The notes beneath the pieces are model-generated. The model was not told the origin of the DNA, did not search any database, and was given only the letters and a program-made list of their open reading frames with translations. From Escherichia phage Skarpretter, in the sequence record NC_048112.1: a stretch of DNA of 42,042 nt, one strand, 5' to 3'. Both the position numbers and the translations under genes were made by a program. Every line of letters starts with the position of its first letter. Positions within the stretch are counted from its first letter, which is position 1. Below, in pieces: positions 1 through 8,416 of the stretch.

Positions 1-16
1 TAGCAAAAAGTGCTAT
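1..16 (-). promoter_or_regulatory. upstream half of the conserved promoter element (palindrome ATAGCAC-N4-TGCTA), truncated by window edge
   Basis: rc reads atagcactttttgcta, identical to the copy at 36884..36899; TATAGT half would lie beyond window start. Confidence 0.4.
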
Positions 17-42
17 CCAAAAAAAACGCCCCGGAGGGCGTT
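17..42 (-). terminator. rho-independent terminator after the 41..769 gene
   Basis: On minus strand: hairpin ACGCCC-tccgg-GGGCGT followed by T8; overlaps the stop codon of the 41..769 ORF. Confidence 0.7.
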
Positions 43-769
43 ATTTGTAGTTGGCGTCAAAGACGGCTTGCGCAAAGCCCCGTGGGGTGCAACTGCGTAT
101 GTTCTTTGTGCGTAGCGACTTGCCGCCGCAATGCTTCCAGCCGGGGTTGTGTTTCACACCGTCCACTGGCTTACGCTCCGGCATGGCAAAGCCACCGCCG
201 CACCAAATCCCGGTGAGTTTGTTGTAGCCGTCGCGGGGCGGGTAGACTTCGGGGTAAAGCGGGTGCGCGTCGTCCTCCGGCAAATAGCCGCCGTACTCGT
301 TCGGGTGGAATTTATGATCCGGGCGTCTCCACATCGTATTGAGTTTGGAGATCGCTGGGTTCTCAAGCATCCACGCGGGCATGGCGTTTGCTTTGAAACC
401 ATCCAGCCACCAGCAACGCCGGGCGACGCGGTAAACCAGTTTTGCGAGGTCTACGGCTTTCTCCTGGAATAGCGGATCAACCTTCGCTTTTGCAGGCCAC
501 CAGCGCGCCCCGGTGCAAGTAAGATCGGTACACTCGGCAAAGCTGGCGATAAACACAACGCCCTGGCCCACTGTCTTTGCGATCTCCGTCGCCTGGTACG
601 GATTGAACGGAGTAAACCAGGTGCCAACGCGCACCAGTAACGGGTTATGCTCGTCGCGGTGTACGCCTGGCGCGTGCTGCCCGTCGAATAACCAGCATTC
701 AACCCCGGCATTAAGCCAGGGTTGTGCCATTATTCCCGTGCGATCGAATAGGAATACGGCCTTTTTCAT
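41..769 (-). CDS. hypothetical protein; weak C5-cytosine-MTase-like resemblance, unconfirmed
   Basis: 242-aa ORF. N-terminus LFDRTGI...AGVECWLFD resembles C5-MTase motif I/II region and WMLENP resembles the ENV motif, but no PCQ motif (FNPYQ at the equivalent place). TAATG coupling with upstream ORF. Confidence 0.45.
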   Translation of the reverse strand: MKKAVFLFDRTGIMAQPWLNAGVECWLFDGQHAPGVHRDEHNPLLVRVGTWFTPFNPYQATEIAKTVGQGVVFIASFAECTDLTCTGARWWPAKAKVDPLFQEKAVDLAKLVYRVARRCWWLDGFKANAMPAWMLENPAISKLNTMWRRPDHKFHPNEYGGYLPEDDAHPLYPEVYPPRDGYNKLTGIWCGGGFAMPERKPVDGVKHNPGWKHCGGKSLRTKNIRSCTPRGFAQAVFDANYK

Positions 770-1005
770 TACGCCTTATCCTCTGCCTGATTGGTCGCTA
801 ATTCCTGCTCGCGCTCGGTGCCGGAGATAGTTACCCAGCCCATGATCCCCAGGTCTGCAAACTTGCGGATCTGGTTATCCCAAATCATATTGACGAGGAT
901 TTGATCCTCCCAGGTGGTGACGCTTTCGGCGGTTGCGTTTCCGCCTGCCTTTAGCTGGTTAAATTGGTCTACGGTAATGTCGCGGGTATTAATGGCGATT
1001 TTCAT
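769..1005 (-). CDS. hypothetical protein
   Basis: ORF with ATG at 1005 preceded by GTGAGG Shine-Dalgarno; stop overlaps the next start. Confidence 0.5.
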   Translation of the reverse strand: MKIAINTRDITVDQFNQLKAGGNATAESVTTWEDQILVNMIWDNQIRKFADLGIMGWVTISGTEREQELATNQAEDKA

Positions 1006-1237
1006 TTTTAGCCTCACTTAACTTTAATTCTACGTAGTCTTTTTCCAGCATCGCCGCCCATTCTGATTGCGGGCGCGGTTTATAATCCTGCTCGTAACTC
1101 ATATCTAATGAGTCGGCAAAATCTGCGGCATCTTCTACGCGTTTAAATTCACCTTTTGCCAGCATGAAGCCAACAACCATATATTTAAAGGTGAGCCATT
1201 GGACGTGCGCCCCGGTACTACGTTTAGCCGTTGCCAT
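989..1237 (-). CDS. hypothetical protein
   Basis: 82-aa ORF, ATG at 1237, same-strand operon context. Confidence 0.5.
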   Translation of the reverse strand: MATAKRSTGAHVQWLTFKYMVVGFMLAKGEFKRVEDAADFADSLDMSYEQDYKPRPQSEWAAMLEKDYVELKLSEAKNENRH

Positions 1238-1246
1238 TATTCCGCC

Positions 1247-1831
1247 TTATACACGAGCGGGCATTACGGCATATTCCGCAACGCCGTTTGTTGAATTGAT
1301 GGTAATAAACGCCGCGTCGGTTGCGTTTTGCAGCGTTATTTTAACGATACTGCTTTTCATTTTAAGCGCCTTGCAGATACGCGTTACCGTGGCGAAATAT
1401 TCCACGTTAAAGCCGATCTCCGTTACGCCTGCGCGGCCCTCTTTCGGCGTGATGAATACGCGGTTAAAGTCAGGGTAGCGCCCGTCTACAACGTCAACGG
1501 TGCCAACTGCAACGCGTGCGGCTTTCAGGTCTAACCCTTCCAGATCTTCGGCCTTGTCGTAAGGCATTGCCAGCCAGTACACGATCCCGGCGTCAGTGTC
1601 GATCGCCGCCGTCTCGATCCCGCGCATTGTTGGCACGGCGGAAAGTTTCAAAATGATCCCCTCGTCCGGCGCGTTGATCAGATCTTCGGTGATACGTAAA
1701 GCGCGGTGCCCGTCCGTTGCCTGCACCTGGTTTTTAATGAAGTGTAAGCCGTTCAGGTAGTAGCGCACGTCAAACTTAGCTTGCGCCAGCATAGCGGCTT
1801 TAATGGTTGCGGCCTTCGCATAAATCATCAT
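1247..1831 (-). CDS. DNA polymerase III beta sliding-clamp (DnaN) homolog, truncated: domains II-III only
   Basis: 194 aa; by-eye alignment to E. coli DnaN from ~residue 130 to the C-terminus: DVRYYLNG, ATDGHR, VDGRYPDF (DnaN VDGRFPDY), EIGFNV, AEYAVMPARV (DnaN AAYVVMPMRL). AGGAG SD 9 nt upstream of ATG. Confidence 0.7.
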   Translation of the reverse strand: MMIYAKAATIKAAMLAQAKFDVRYYLNGLHFIKNQVQATDGHRALRITEDLINAPDEGIILKLSAVPTMRGIETAAIDTDAGIVYWLAMPYDKAEDLEGLDLKAARVAVGTVDVVDGRYPDFNRVFITPKEGRAGVTEIGFNVEYFATVTRICKALKMKSSIVKITLQNATDAAFITINSTNGVAEYAVMPARV

Positions 1832-1877
1832 GGTTTTTACTCCTGCGTTTATTGCCCCGTTTCCGGGGCTTGTTGGT

Positions 1878-2549
1878 TTAAAACACGCTCGCTACTGCGT
1901 CGCGCATTTGCTGCTGGGTAATGTACTCGGTTTTAACGGCACCAGCCTTGCGGGGCCGGATTACAAACAAGGCGCTTGCCTTGCTGTTTTTGCTCGCTTC
2001 TGAGCCGTTGGCGGCGTTGACAAAAGCAACGCGCCCATTGAAAAACTTTGCTTCGCCTTTCTTGTCCGTGCCGTGGTAGCCCATAATGTTAACCACTTCA
2101 CTTGCGACGTTGATCAGCTCGTAAAACCATTCTGGCGAATGGTCATGATTCAGGAGCATAACCGTAGTGACGCCGTTTTGTTTTGCATTTCGTGCGGCGG
2201 CTTTTACCCACGGGAGCGGATCGGCGTAAGGAGGATTGCACCAGACAACATCCCCTTTCTTACCCCAAACCGTGTTGGGGTTTAACGCGTCTTGCTGTTC
2301 GTCGATAAACTCAACACAAAGGGCGTTGGCTTTCTCTGCCGCTACGTCACGCGCAAACGGCCCCCACTTCTGATCAGACCAATTAAAGAGCCATAACGGC
2401 GTGCGCCACTTCTGGCGGACTTTATCTGGCGTCTTACTGCCTGCAAAGCGACGGCCCGTTACGGCTGTATCTGCGGCGGCTGCTGCGTCCTCTGCGCCAG
2501 TGGTGCCGGACTCGTGATCAATGGTGGAGGTGTCGTTAGTGTCTTTCAT
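1878..2549 (-). CDS. DNA N6-adenine methyltransferase (phage Dam family)
   Basis: 223 aa with VVWCNPPYADP (NPPY motif IV of N6-adenine MTases). Confidence 0.8.
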   Translation of the reverse strand: MKDTNDTSTIDHESGTTGAEDAAAAADTAVTGRRFAGSKTPDKVRQKWRTPLWLFNWSDQKWGPFARDVAAEKANALCVEFIDEQQDALNPNTVWGKKGDVVWCNPPYADPLPWVKAAARNAKQNGVTTVMLLNHDHSPEWFYELINVASEVVNIMGYHGTDKKGEAKFFNGRVAFVNAANGSEASKNSKASALFVIRPRKAGAVKTEYITQQQMRDAVASVF

Positions 2550-2552
2550 GGT

Positions 2553-2996
2553 TTACGCCTTTTTGTTATCGGTTGAGCCAAAGCCGTTTGCGCCGCGTGC
2601 CGTTTTCTTTACGGTGTCAACTTCTGTTAACACTACGCGGGGCACTGGCACCAACATTGCCTGGGCTTGCGCTTTGGTGAGGTCGATCGGCGGATATTCG
2701 CCAGTAGGGCGATCGCATACCAGTTTGATCGCAACTTCTCCGGTGTAGTCTGAGTCAATGATCCCCACACAATTACTTAACCGGGTGTCGTTTTTGAAGC
2801 CCTGCCCGCTGCGGCTGTAAATCATCAGGGCGTAACCCTCCGGGATCTCGAAAACAAGCCCCGTTTCCAGGTAAATCGCGTTGTTGCGCTCGTCTGGCCT
2901 GGCGGCGATCGCGTAAATGTCGAAACATGCTGATCCCTCTGTTGCGTAGGTTGGCATTACTGCGTGGGGTGAGTTGCGCTTAACGTTTAACTGCAT
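2553..2996 (-). CDS. dut: dUTP diphosphatase (dUTPase)
   Basis: 147 aa; trimeric dUTPase motif GIIDSDYTGE, N-terminal PTYATEGSA; AGGAG SD. Confidence 0.85.
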   Translation of the reverse strand: MQLNVKRNSPHAVMPTYATEGSACFDIYAIAARPDERNNAIYLETGLVFEIPEGYALMIYSRSGQGFKNDTRLSNCVGIIDSDYTGEVAIKLVCDRPTGEYPPIDLTKAQAQAMLVPVPRVVLTEVDTVKKTARGANGFGSTDNKKA

Positions 2997-3011
2997 GGTT
3001 ATTTACTCCTG

Positions 3012-3036
3012 TTAAAAAGGGGGCCAAAGCCCCCAG
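3012..3036 (-). terminator. rho-independent terminator after SPFH gene
   Basis: Minus strand: GGGGGC-tttg-GCCCCC followed by TTTTT, between SPFH stop (3042) and dut start (2996). Confidence 0.7.
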
Positions 3037-3041
3037 GTTGT

Positions 3042-3893
3042 TTACTTAACGCTGATCATCGGGGTCGCTGCGCCGGGGATCATGGTTGCAGGTAATTTAC
3101 CATCCCACTTATCGGCTTTGGTGTATTCCACCAACTGCGGGTTAGCCTGCAACGCTTCGGATTTGGCTTTAATCGCTGCCGCTTCTGCGTCGCCTTTCAT
3201 CTTGATAGCGTCCGCCTCTGCCTGGGCGTTTGCACGTTTAGCATCGGCTGCGCCTTTTGCTTTGGTGCGGGCAATGTCTGCGCTGATCTGCTCTTTCTGC
3301 AAGTTCTGCTGTTGCGTGCGGATCTCGATCTCGGCTTTCATGTTCTCCTCGATCTTGTCGTTGTACTCTTTGGAGAATTGAACGTTTTCAATCTGCACGG
3401 AGTCGATCGTAAAGGCTTTGCTTACGCTGGCCTGCAAACCCTTCTGGAAGTCTGCCGCCAGGGCGTCACGCTTGATCACGCTGTCCGCTGCGGTGTACTT
3501 ACCAAAGGCCGATTGAAAACGGGCCGGAGCCTGGCGATCAATAATGCGCTCTACTGCGTTCTCCGCCGTGCGGTACTCGCTGTAAATGTAACCAACGCTC
3601 GCGGCTGGGATCGAGTAGGTCACGGAGTAACGCACCGTCGCGTGCTGCTGGTCGCGGCTGTTACCGTTGCCCTTTTCGAAAACGCGCGTATTCTGTTGCA
3701 CGCTGATTTTTTCCACGCTGTCCAGGAAAGGCGTTTTGAAGTGTAAGCCCGGCTCCGCCGTGCCAATCACCTTGCCGTTACGGAGGATTACGCCGCGCTC
3801 GCCCTGGTCGATAATGTACCAGCTACCCAGCGCCGCCATGAGGCCAATAATGATCAGGAGAATTAAACCGCCGCCAACAATCTTTAATTTCAT
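3042..3893 (-). CDS. SPFH/band-7 (HflC/HflK, prohibitin-like) membrane protein
   Basis: 283 aa; N-terminal TM helix (GGGLILLIIIGLMAALGSWYII), SPFH-like core, C-terminal Ala/Glu/Lys-rich coiled coil; own promoter element and own terminator. Confidence 0.75.
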   Translation of the reverse strand: MKLKIVGGGLILLIIIGLMAALGSWYIIDQGERGVILRNGKVIGTAEPGLHFKTPFLDSVEKISVQQNTRVFEKGNGNSRDQQHATVRYSVTYSIPAASVGYIYSEYRTAENAVERIIDRQAPARFQSAFGKYTAADSVIKRDALAADFQKGLQASVSKAFTIDSVQIENVQFSKEYNDKIEENMKAEIEIRTQQQNLQKEQISADIARTKAKGAADAKRANAQAEADAIKMKGDAEAAAIKAKSEALQANPQLVEYTKADKWDGKLPATMIPGAATPMISVK

Positions 3894-3937
3894 GGTGTTA
3901 CCCTTTTGTTTAATCCGGCACCGTTGCCGTGAGTTGA

Positions 3938-3982
3938 ACTATACACTTAAACGTGAATATCTGTTTTAGCAATTTGTGCTAT
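3938..3982 (-). promoter_or_regulatory. conserved promoter element driving SPFH gene
   Basis: Minus strand reads ATAGCACaaatTGCTAAA, 23 nt, TATAGT, tcaACTCAC, ~50 nt before ATG at 3893. Confidence 0.6.
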
Positions 3983-4035
3983 TTTATTAACTCCTGCATT
4001 TTTCTTTTGCGTTTACCTTAGCCAGCCAGCTAACA

Positions 4036-4066
4036 GCCGCCCCGTTTTGGACGCGGCTTTTTTTTA
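4036..4066 (+). terminator. possible rho-independent terminator (plus orientation)
   Basis: GCCGC-12 nt loop-GCGGC followed by T8; long loop, overlaps 3' end of the minus-strand primase gene. Confidence 0.35.
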
Positions 4067-4894
4067 CCCAAACGCCCCCACCAGATCCGCGCCAGCCATT
4101 ACCCGCCCGCAATCCCGGTATAAATAAACCTCGTCCGGGTCAAGCGCCACCATGCGGATCTCACGATCGCCAGTGTACCGCGCCGCAACCTCCCGGCAAT
4201 TCAGCGGAGTAAAGCCGATCCAGATCTCGCACCCCAGCGCCGGGCCTTTGTGCTCTGCCACTCGCACCGCCATTACCGGATCGCTGATAAGGTAGATTGG
4301 CCCATCTTCCAGCCCTTCGGCTGGGTGGATCATCGCAACCGCGCCCCAGGTGCGGAAACCTGCCGCAAACTTTACGGAGAAGTCAGGATCAACCCGCGCC
4401 AGATTGCAGAAGAAAGGCGACGCGCCAGCCTCGCCAACTTTCCGGCATGGTAGATAGGCTGATCCGGGCCTCCTCCCAGCGGTAGCCAGGTTTATTACGC
4501 GCTCGTGTGGGATCTCGGCACTGGCGGCACCCTGCTTTGATTTGGCAAGCGCTTTGGAGGCTTTGGCGATCTGATCCATCTTCGCCGGGGTCAGCCCGCC
4601 GATCCAATCCCCCAAATCATTTACCGCTTCGTTAAACTTCTGAGCGCGGGCACGCATAAACCAAAACATGCCGTCATGCGAGCCGCCGCAATCGCCGGAG
4701 CAATAGGCGAAACCCTCCTCACGCTGGCGCGGTTTCTTGTGCCCCCATCGGAAACGGTCAACGCCACCACATACCGGGCAAGCCTGGTGGTTGCCGTCAA
4801 ACGTCTTACGATCCCAGCCGCAAAGCTCCAATAAGGCTTGCTCCCAGCGGTTACGCATGGCGTTTAAAACTGTTTTCTTGTCGTGTATTGCCAT
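4064..4894 (-). CDS. DNA primase (zinc-ribbon plus TOPRIM-like)
   Basis: CPVCGG...CSGDCGG zinc-ribbon like primase Zn-binding domains; C-terminal acidic DPD motif (MVALDPDE) consistent with TOPRIM; likely ATG at 4894. Confidence 0.55.
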   Translation of the reverse strand: MAIHDKKTVLNAMRNRWEQALLELCGWDRKTFDGNHQACPVCGGVDRFRWGHKKPRQREEGFAYCSGDCGGSHDGMFWFMRARAQKFNEAVNDLGDWIGGLTPAKMDQIAKASKALAKSKQGAASAEIPHERVINLATAGRRPGSAYLPCRKVGEAGASPFFCNLARVDPDFSVKFAAGFRTWGAVAMIHPAEGLEDGPIYLISDPVMAVRVAEHKGPALGCEIWIGFTPLNCREVAARYTGDREIRMVALDPDEVYLYRDCGRVMAGADLVGAFG

Positions 4895-4916
4895 AATCAA
4901 CAAAGCCCGTTACTAT
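4888..4916 (+). promoter_or_regulatory. putative sigma70-type promoter for helicase operon
   Basis: TTGCCA-17 nt-TACTAT followed by a CTCAAAC element, ~40 nt upstream of helicase ATG. Confidence 0.35.
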
Positions 4917-4957
4917 TCACTCAAACGTGATTATGAATAAGCAGGAGACAAAACGCA

Positions 4958-6958
4958 ATGGTAATAACCCCCGTCAAGGAAACAAACTTTGCCTGGCAAC
5001 TCATGGAAACGATCGAGGAGCGCATAGCCCGCACGCCGATCGCGGAGTTAATGGCGAAATTTGGCCCAATGCCGCTTGATCCTTACCCGTACCAGTGGGC
5101 CGCTTATGAGGCGGTAGCGGAATGCCTGCGCAAGTACCCCGGCCCGATCATTGTCGAGGCCGCTGTAAGTGCTGGTAAAACGATCATGATCTCCATGCTG
5201 GCGCGGCGCATTGTCGAAATGAAACAACGGGCGCTGGTGATAAGCCGCCAGGCGGAGATCGTGGATCAGGACGCCACGGAGTTATGGAATTTTGACGTTA
5301 AAAACTCCGTGTTTTGCGCCGGGCTGAATAAGAAAAGCACGCATTACCCGGTGGTCTGCGGCTCGGAGAAAACCGTAGCCAACGCGATCGAGGGGAAGTT
5401 AAAAGACTTTGCCCCGCTCTTTCTGGTGATCGATGAATGCCACCAGGTAAACATTGACGATCTGATAGCCTCCGAAACTGCGGAGATCCTGGAGGTGATC
5501 GAGGAAAACGGCGAGCCTTACGAGCGCGTGCGCGTCGGGGAAACGCTGGAGGAAATGATCGCCAATAAGCGCAACTCCTACACGATAATCATTCGTGAAT
5601 TGCAAAGACGTTGCCAGGAGGTACACGGCACCCGCTTACGCGTGATCGGCTACACTGGCACGCCGTACCGGGGCACCGATTCGATCGTAAATGAGGACTA
5701 CGAAACGCCGGGTTTTTGGCGTAAGACGGTGATCCGCATTACAACGCCTTACCTGGTTAAAGTCGGCTCCGTTGTGCCAACGTTCTTTGGCTCCTCCGCG
5801 CTGGGTTACGATCTCTCTGAGTTTGACCAATTCAAGGAGGAGGGCTTAACGGACTTTAGCGACGAGCAATTAAAGGCCATGCAACGCAAGATAGCGCGTG
5901 AGAAGGATTTAACGCACGCAATCATGGCTGAGGTGTACGAGCTAACAAAACGCCGTAACGGCGTTCTGGTGACGTGCTCCGGCGTCGATCACTGCCACGA
6001 GGCCGCAAGCGCGTTACCGGAGGGCGTGACCTATGCGATCATCACGGAGAAAACCACAACCCGCGATCGAATGGACATTATCGCCGGGGCGAAATCCGGC
6101 GCGATAAAGTTTGTCTTTCAGGTCATGGCGCTTACAACTGGCGTTAACGTGCCACCCTGGGACACGTCCGTAATTCTGCGCCGTATCGGCTCGCTAACGC
6201 TGCTCGTGCAACTGCTGGGGCGCGGTATGCGCATTCTGAAAAAAGAGCATATAGCGGCGGGCATGGTGAAAAAAGATCACCTCGTTTTGGACTACTCCGG
6301 CACTATGGCGGCTATGGGTTCCCTGTTTGAAGATCCGATCCTGGAGGATTACACATACCAATCTGAGCAAGTGGGCGAGAAAACCAAAGAGTGCCCGGAC
6401 TGCTTAACGATGAATACAGAAAAGGCCCGCCGTTGCTCCGGGATCGTGAACGGTGAAAGGTGCTGGCATTTCTTCCAATCAAAGACCTGTGACGACGATG
6501 TAGACGGATCGACGGGTCGCATTCTCCGCCCAGGATGCGGGGCCGAAAATGACATAGTAGCCAAAAATTGCCGTTGCTGCGGTAAGCGGCTGATCGACTT
6601 TAACAAAAACCTGTCAGGCCAACATTACACGGAGGGGGATTATTGCAACGTGGTAGATTGGGAGCCGCAAGTAGGCCGGGGCGGCTCGTTTGCGATCCAG
6701 TACACGTTGGAGAAAGACGGGATCACGTTTAAGGCGTGGGAAATCCACTGGTTAACGTCCAACAATCCGGGCGCGTATCAGGTCTGGAAAACGTTTGTTA
6801 ATACCCACGTTTTCGACGAAACCGGACGTAAGACGCTGCGCAACTGCCGCACCCCGGAGGCGGTGTTAAAGAACGTGCATTACCTCATGAAGCCAAAGCG
6901 CGTTACGCACCGTAAGACGGGCGGCGGCAAAGATACCATTAACAAAAAGGTGTTTTGA
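4958..6958 (+). CDS. superfamily 2 DNA helicase (DEAH-type) with C-terminal Cys-rich zinc-binding region
   Basis: 666 aa; Walker A AVSAGKT, Walker B VIDECHQ, motif VI-like LLGRGMR; C-terminal CPDC...CRCCGK cluster. Confidence 0.8.
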   Translation: MVITPVKETNFAWQLMETIEERIARTPIAELMAKFGPMPLDPYPYQWAAYEAVAECLRKYPGPIIVEAAVSAGKTIMISMLARRIVEMKQRALVISRQAEIVDQDATELWNFDVKNSVFCAGLNKKSTHYPVVCGSEKTVANAIEGKLKDFAPLFLVIDECHQVNIDDLIASETAEILEVIEENGEPYERVRVGETLEEMIANKRNSYTIIIRELQRRCQEVHGTRLRVIGYTGTPYRGTDSIVNEDYETPGFWRKTVIRITTPYLVKVGSVVPTFFGSSALGYDLSEFDQFKEEGLTDFSDEQLKAMQRKIAREKDLTHAIMAEVYELTKRRNGVLVTCSGVDHCHEAASALPEGVTYAIITEKTTTRDRMDIIAGAKSGAIKFVFQVMALTTGVNVPPWDTSVILRRIGSLTLLVQLLGRGMRILKKEHIAAGMVKKDHLVLDYSGTMAAMGSLFEDPILEDYTYQSEQVGEKTKECPDCLTMNTEKARRCSGIVNGERCWHFFQSKTCDDDVDGSTGRILRPGCGAENDIVAKNCRCCGKRLIDFNKNLSGQHYTEGDYCNVVDWEPQVGRGGSFAIQYTLEKDGITFKAWEIHWLTSNNPGAYQVWKTFVNTHVFDETGRKTLRNCRTPEAVLKNVHYLMKPKRVTHRKTGGGKDTINKKVF

Positions 6959-7377
6959 TGAAAGTCACGGATAAGGGTTTATATCTGGAGTGGTACGCCG
7001 GGCCAACTGGCAAAAAGTCGCCGGAGGAAAAGGCGGATCAGAAAAGCACGGCGGGCTGGCTCCGCAAGTGGCACCCTGAAAAGCTCTTTTTTCATCCGGT
7101 CAATGAGTCGGGGAGCGGCGGGAGTAAACAGCGCGGCGCGGAGTTAAACGAAATGGGGCGCTTAACCGGGATCAGCGATTGGGTGATCCTGGAATCGTTC
7201 GGCGGGCACCCTTACGCGCTGATCGAGTTGAAGCGGGAGAACAAGGCGGACGCCTCGCCAGTGAGCGCGGAGCAAAAGGCCGTGTTTGAGAAAGCGCGGG
7301 CGCGTGGTGCATTTTGTGCGGTTTGCTACGGGCGGGAGGCTTTCAAGGCTTGCGCGTCGTATTACTTCACGTTATAG
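6958..7377 (+). CDS. VRR-NUC domain nuclease
   Basis: ~139 aa; PD-(D/E)xK-like GISDWVILE...ALIELKRE pattern typical of VRR-NUC; start overlaps helicase stop (TGATG). Confidence 0.6.
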   Translation: MKVTDKGLYLEWYAGPTGKKSPEEKADQKSTAGWLRKWHPEKLFFHPVNESGSGGSKQRGAELNEMGRLTGISDWVILESFGGHPYALIELKRENKADASPVSAEQKAVFEKARARGAFCAVCYGREAFKACASYYFTL

Positions 7378-7378
7378 T
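7350..7378 (+). promoter_or_regulatory. putative promoter for exonuclease-erf-ssb operon
   Basis: TTGCGC-17 nt-TATAGT-gaa-CATCAC, resembling the core of the conserved element. Confidence 0.3.
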
Positions 7379-7409
7379 GAACATCACGCAACAATGAGGA
7401 GTAAACGCA

Positions 7410-8414
7410 ATGAGTGATATTTACTGCCAGGTGTACCAGGCGGACGAGTTAACAAACGACGCCTATCACGAGGAAACGGATCACGTTTCCGGCTCCAGCC
7501 TGCATATGATGTTAAAAAACAGCATGGCGGGCTGGCGCTTCCAGAAGAAAAAAGACGAGGCCGAAAAAGCCAAAGAGAAGGAAAGCAACGGCGCGGCACA
7601 AAAGCCGCTGGCGTTCGGCACCACGGGCCATACGTGTATGCTTGAGCCGTCACGCTTTGAGGCTGAATTTTACCGGATGCCTGATCCTGCCGATTATCCA
7701 AAGGCTTTAACGTCCGTTGCTGCGGTCTGCTCATGGCTGAAAGAGAAAGGCGTAGGCGGTTACTCCGGTAAGAAAATGCCCGATCTTTATCCGCTCGTGG
7801 ATATGACCGGGGAAGATGTGATTATCTGGCAACGCCTTTGGGAGCAACACCAAAAGCTGGCGGGTGATCGTGAGCAAGTGCCAGCCAAAGACTACGATCG
7901 CGTCCTCATGATGCGTGAGGTGCTTTTAAACAACCACGATTACAGCCAGATCATTTATGACGGCGTGCCGGAGTTATCGATCTTCACTGAGATCGACGGC
8001 GTAAAAATCAAAGTGCGACTCGATCGCGTGACCAAAGACGCGGCATTAGTGGACTACAAAACCACGCAAAGCGCGGAGCCGGAGAAGTTCGGGCGGCTGG
8101 CGTTTGACAACGGCTACTGGTTAAAAATGGCGTTGCAACATGACGCTTTCGAAATCGCATACGGTCAAAAACCATCTTCCACCAACTTACTTGCCCAGGA
8201 AAAGGAGGAGCCTTATTTAGCGATGATGTACGCGCTAACCCCTGAGCAATTAATGGTGGGCCGGATGCAATATAAAACGGCGCTGCAAATGTATAAAGCG
8301 TGTCGTGATCTGGACGTTTGGCCCGGCTATGCTGGCGGCGTGGCGTCAATGAGTTTACCAACGCCCGGTTATATTCAGGCGCGTTACAAAGAATATTTTA
8401 AAGTTGAGGTTTGA
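7410..8414 (+). CDS. PD-(D/E)xK (RecB/YqaJ-like) recombination exonuclease
   Basis: 334 aa; LDRVTKD...VDYKTT nuclease motif; immediately upstream of erf and ssb. Confidence 0.65.
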   Translation: MSDIYCQVYQADELTNDAYHEETDHVSGSSLHMMLKNSMAGWRFQKKKDEAEKAKEKESNGAAQKPLAFGTTGHTCMLEPSRFEAEFYRMPDPADYPKALTSVAAVCSWLKEKGVGGYSGKKMPDLYPLVDMTGEDVIIWQRLWEQHQKLAGDREQVPAKDYDRVLMMREVLLNNHDYSQIIYDGVPELSIFTEIDGVKIKVRLDRVTKDAALVDYKTTQSAEPEKFGRLAFDNGYWLKMALQHDAFEIAYGQKPSSTNLLAQEKEEPYLAMMYALTPEQLMVGRMQYKTALQMYKACRDLDVWPGYAGGVASMSLPTPGYIQARYKEYFKVEV

Positions 8415-8416
8415 TC

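Noticed and set aside
4250-4607. Small ORFs on both strands inside the primase gene
   Set aside because: Nested within or antisense to the primase ORF; Arg-rich translations; no translation signals.
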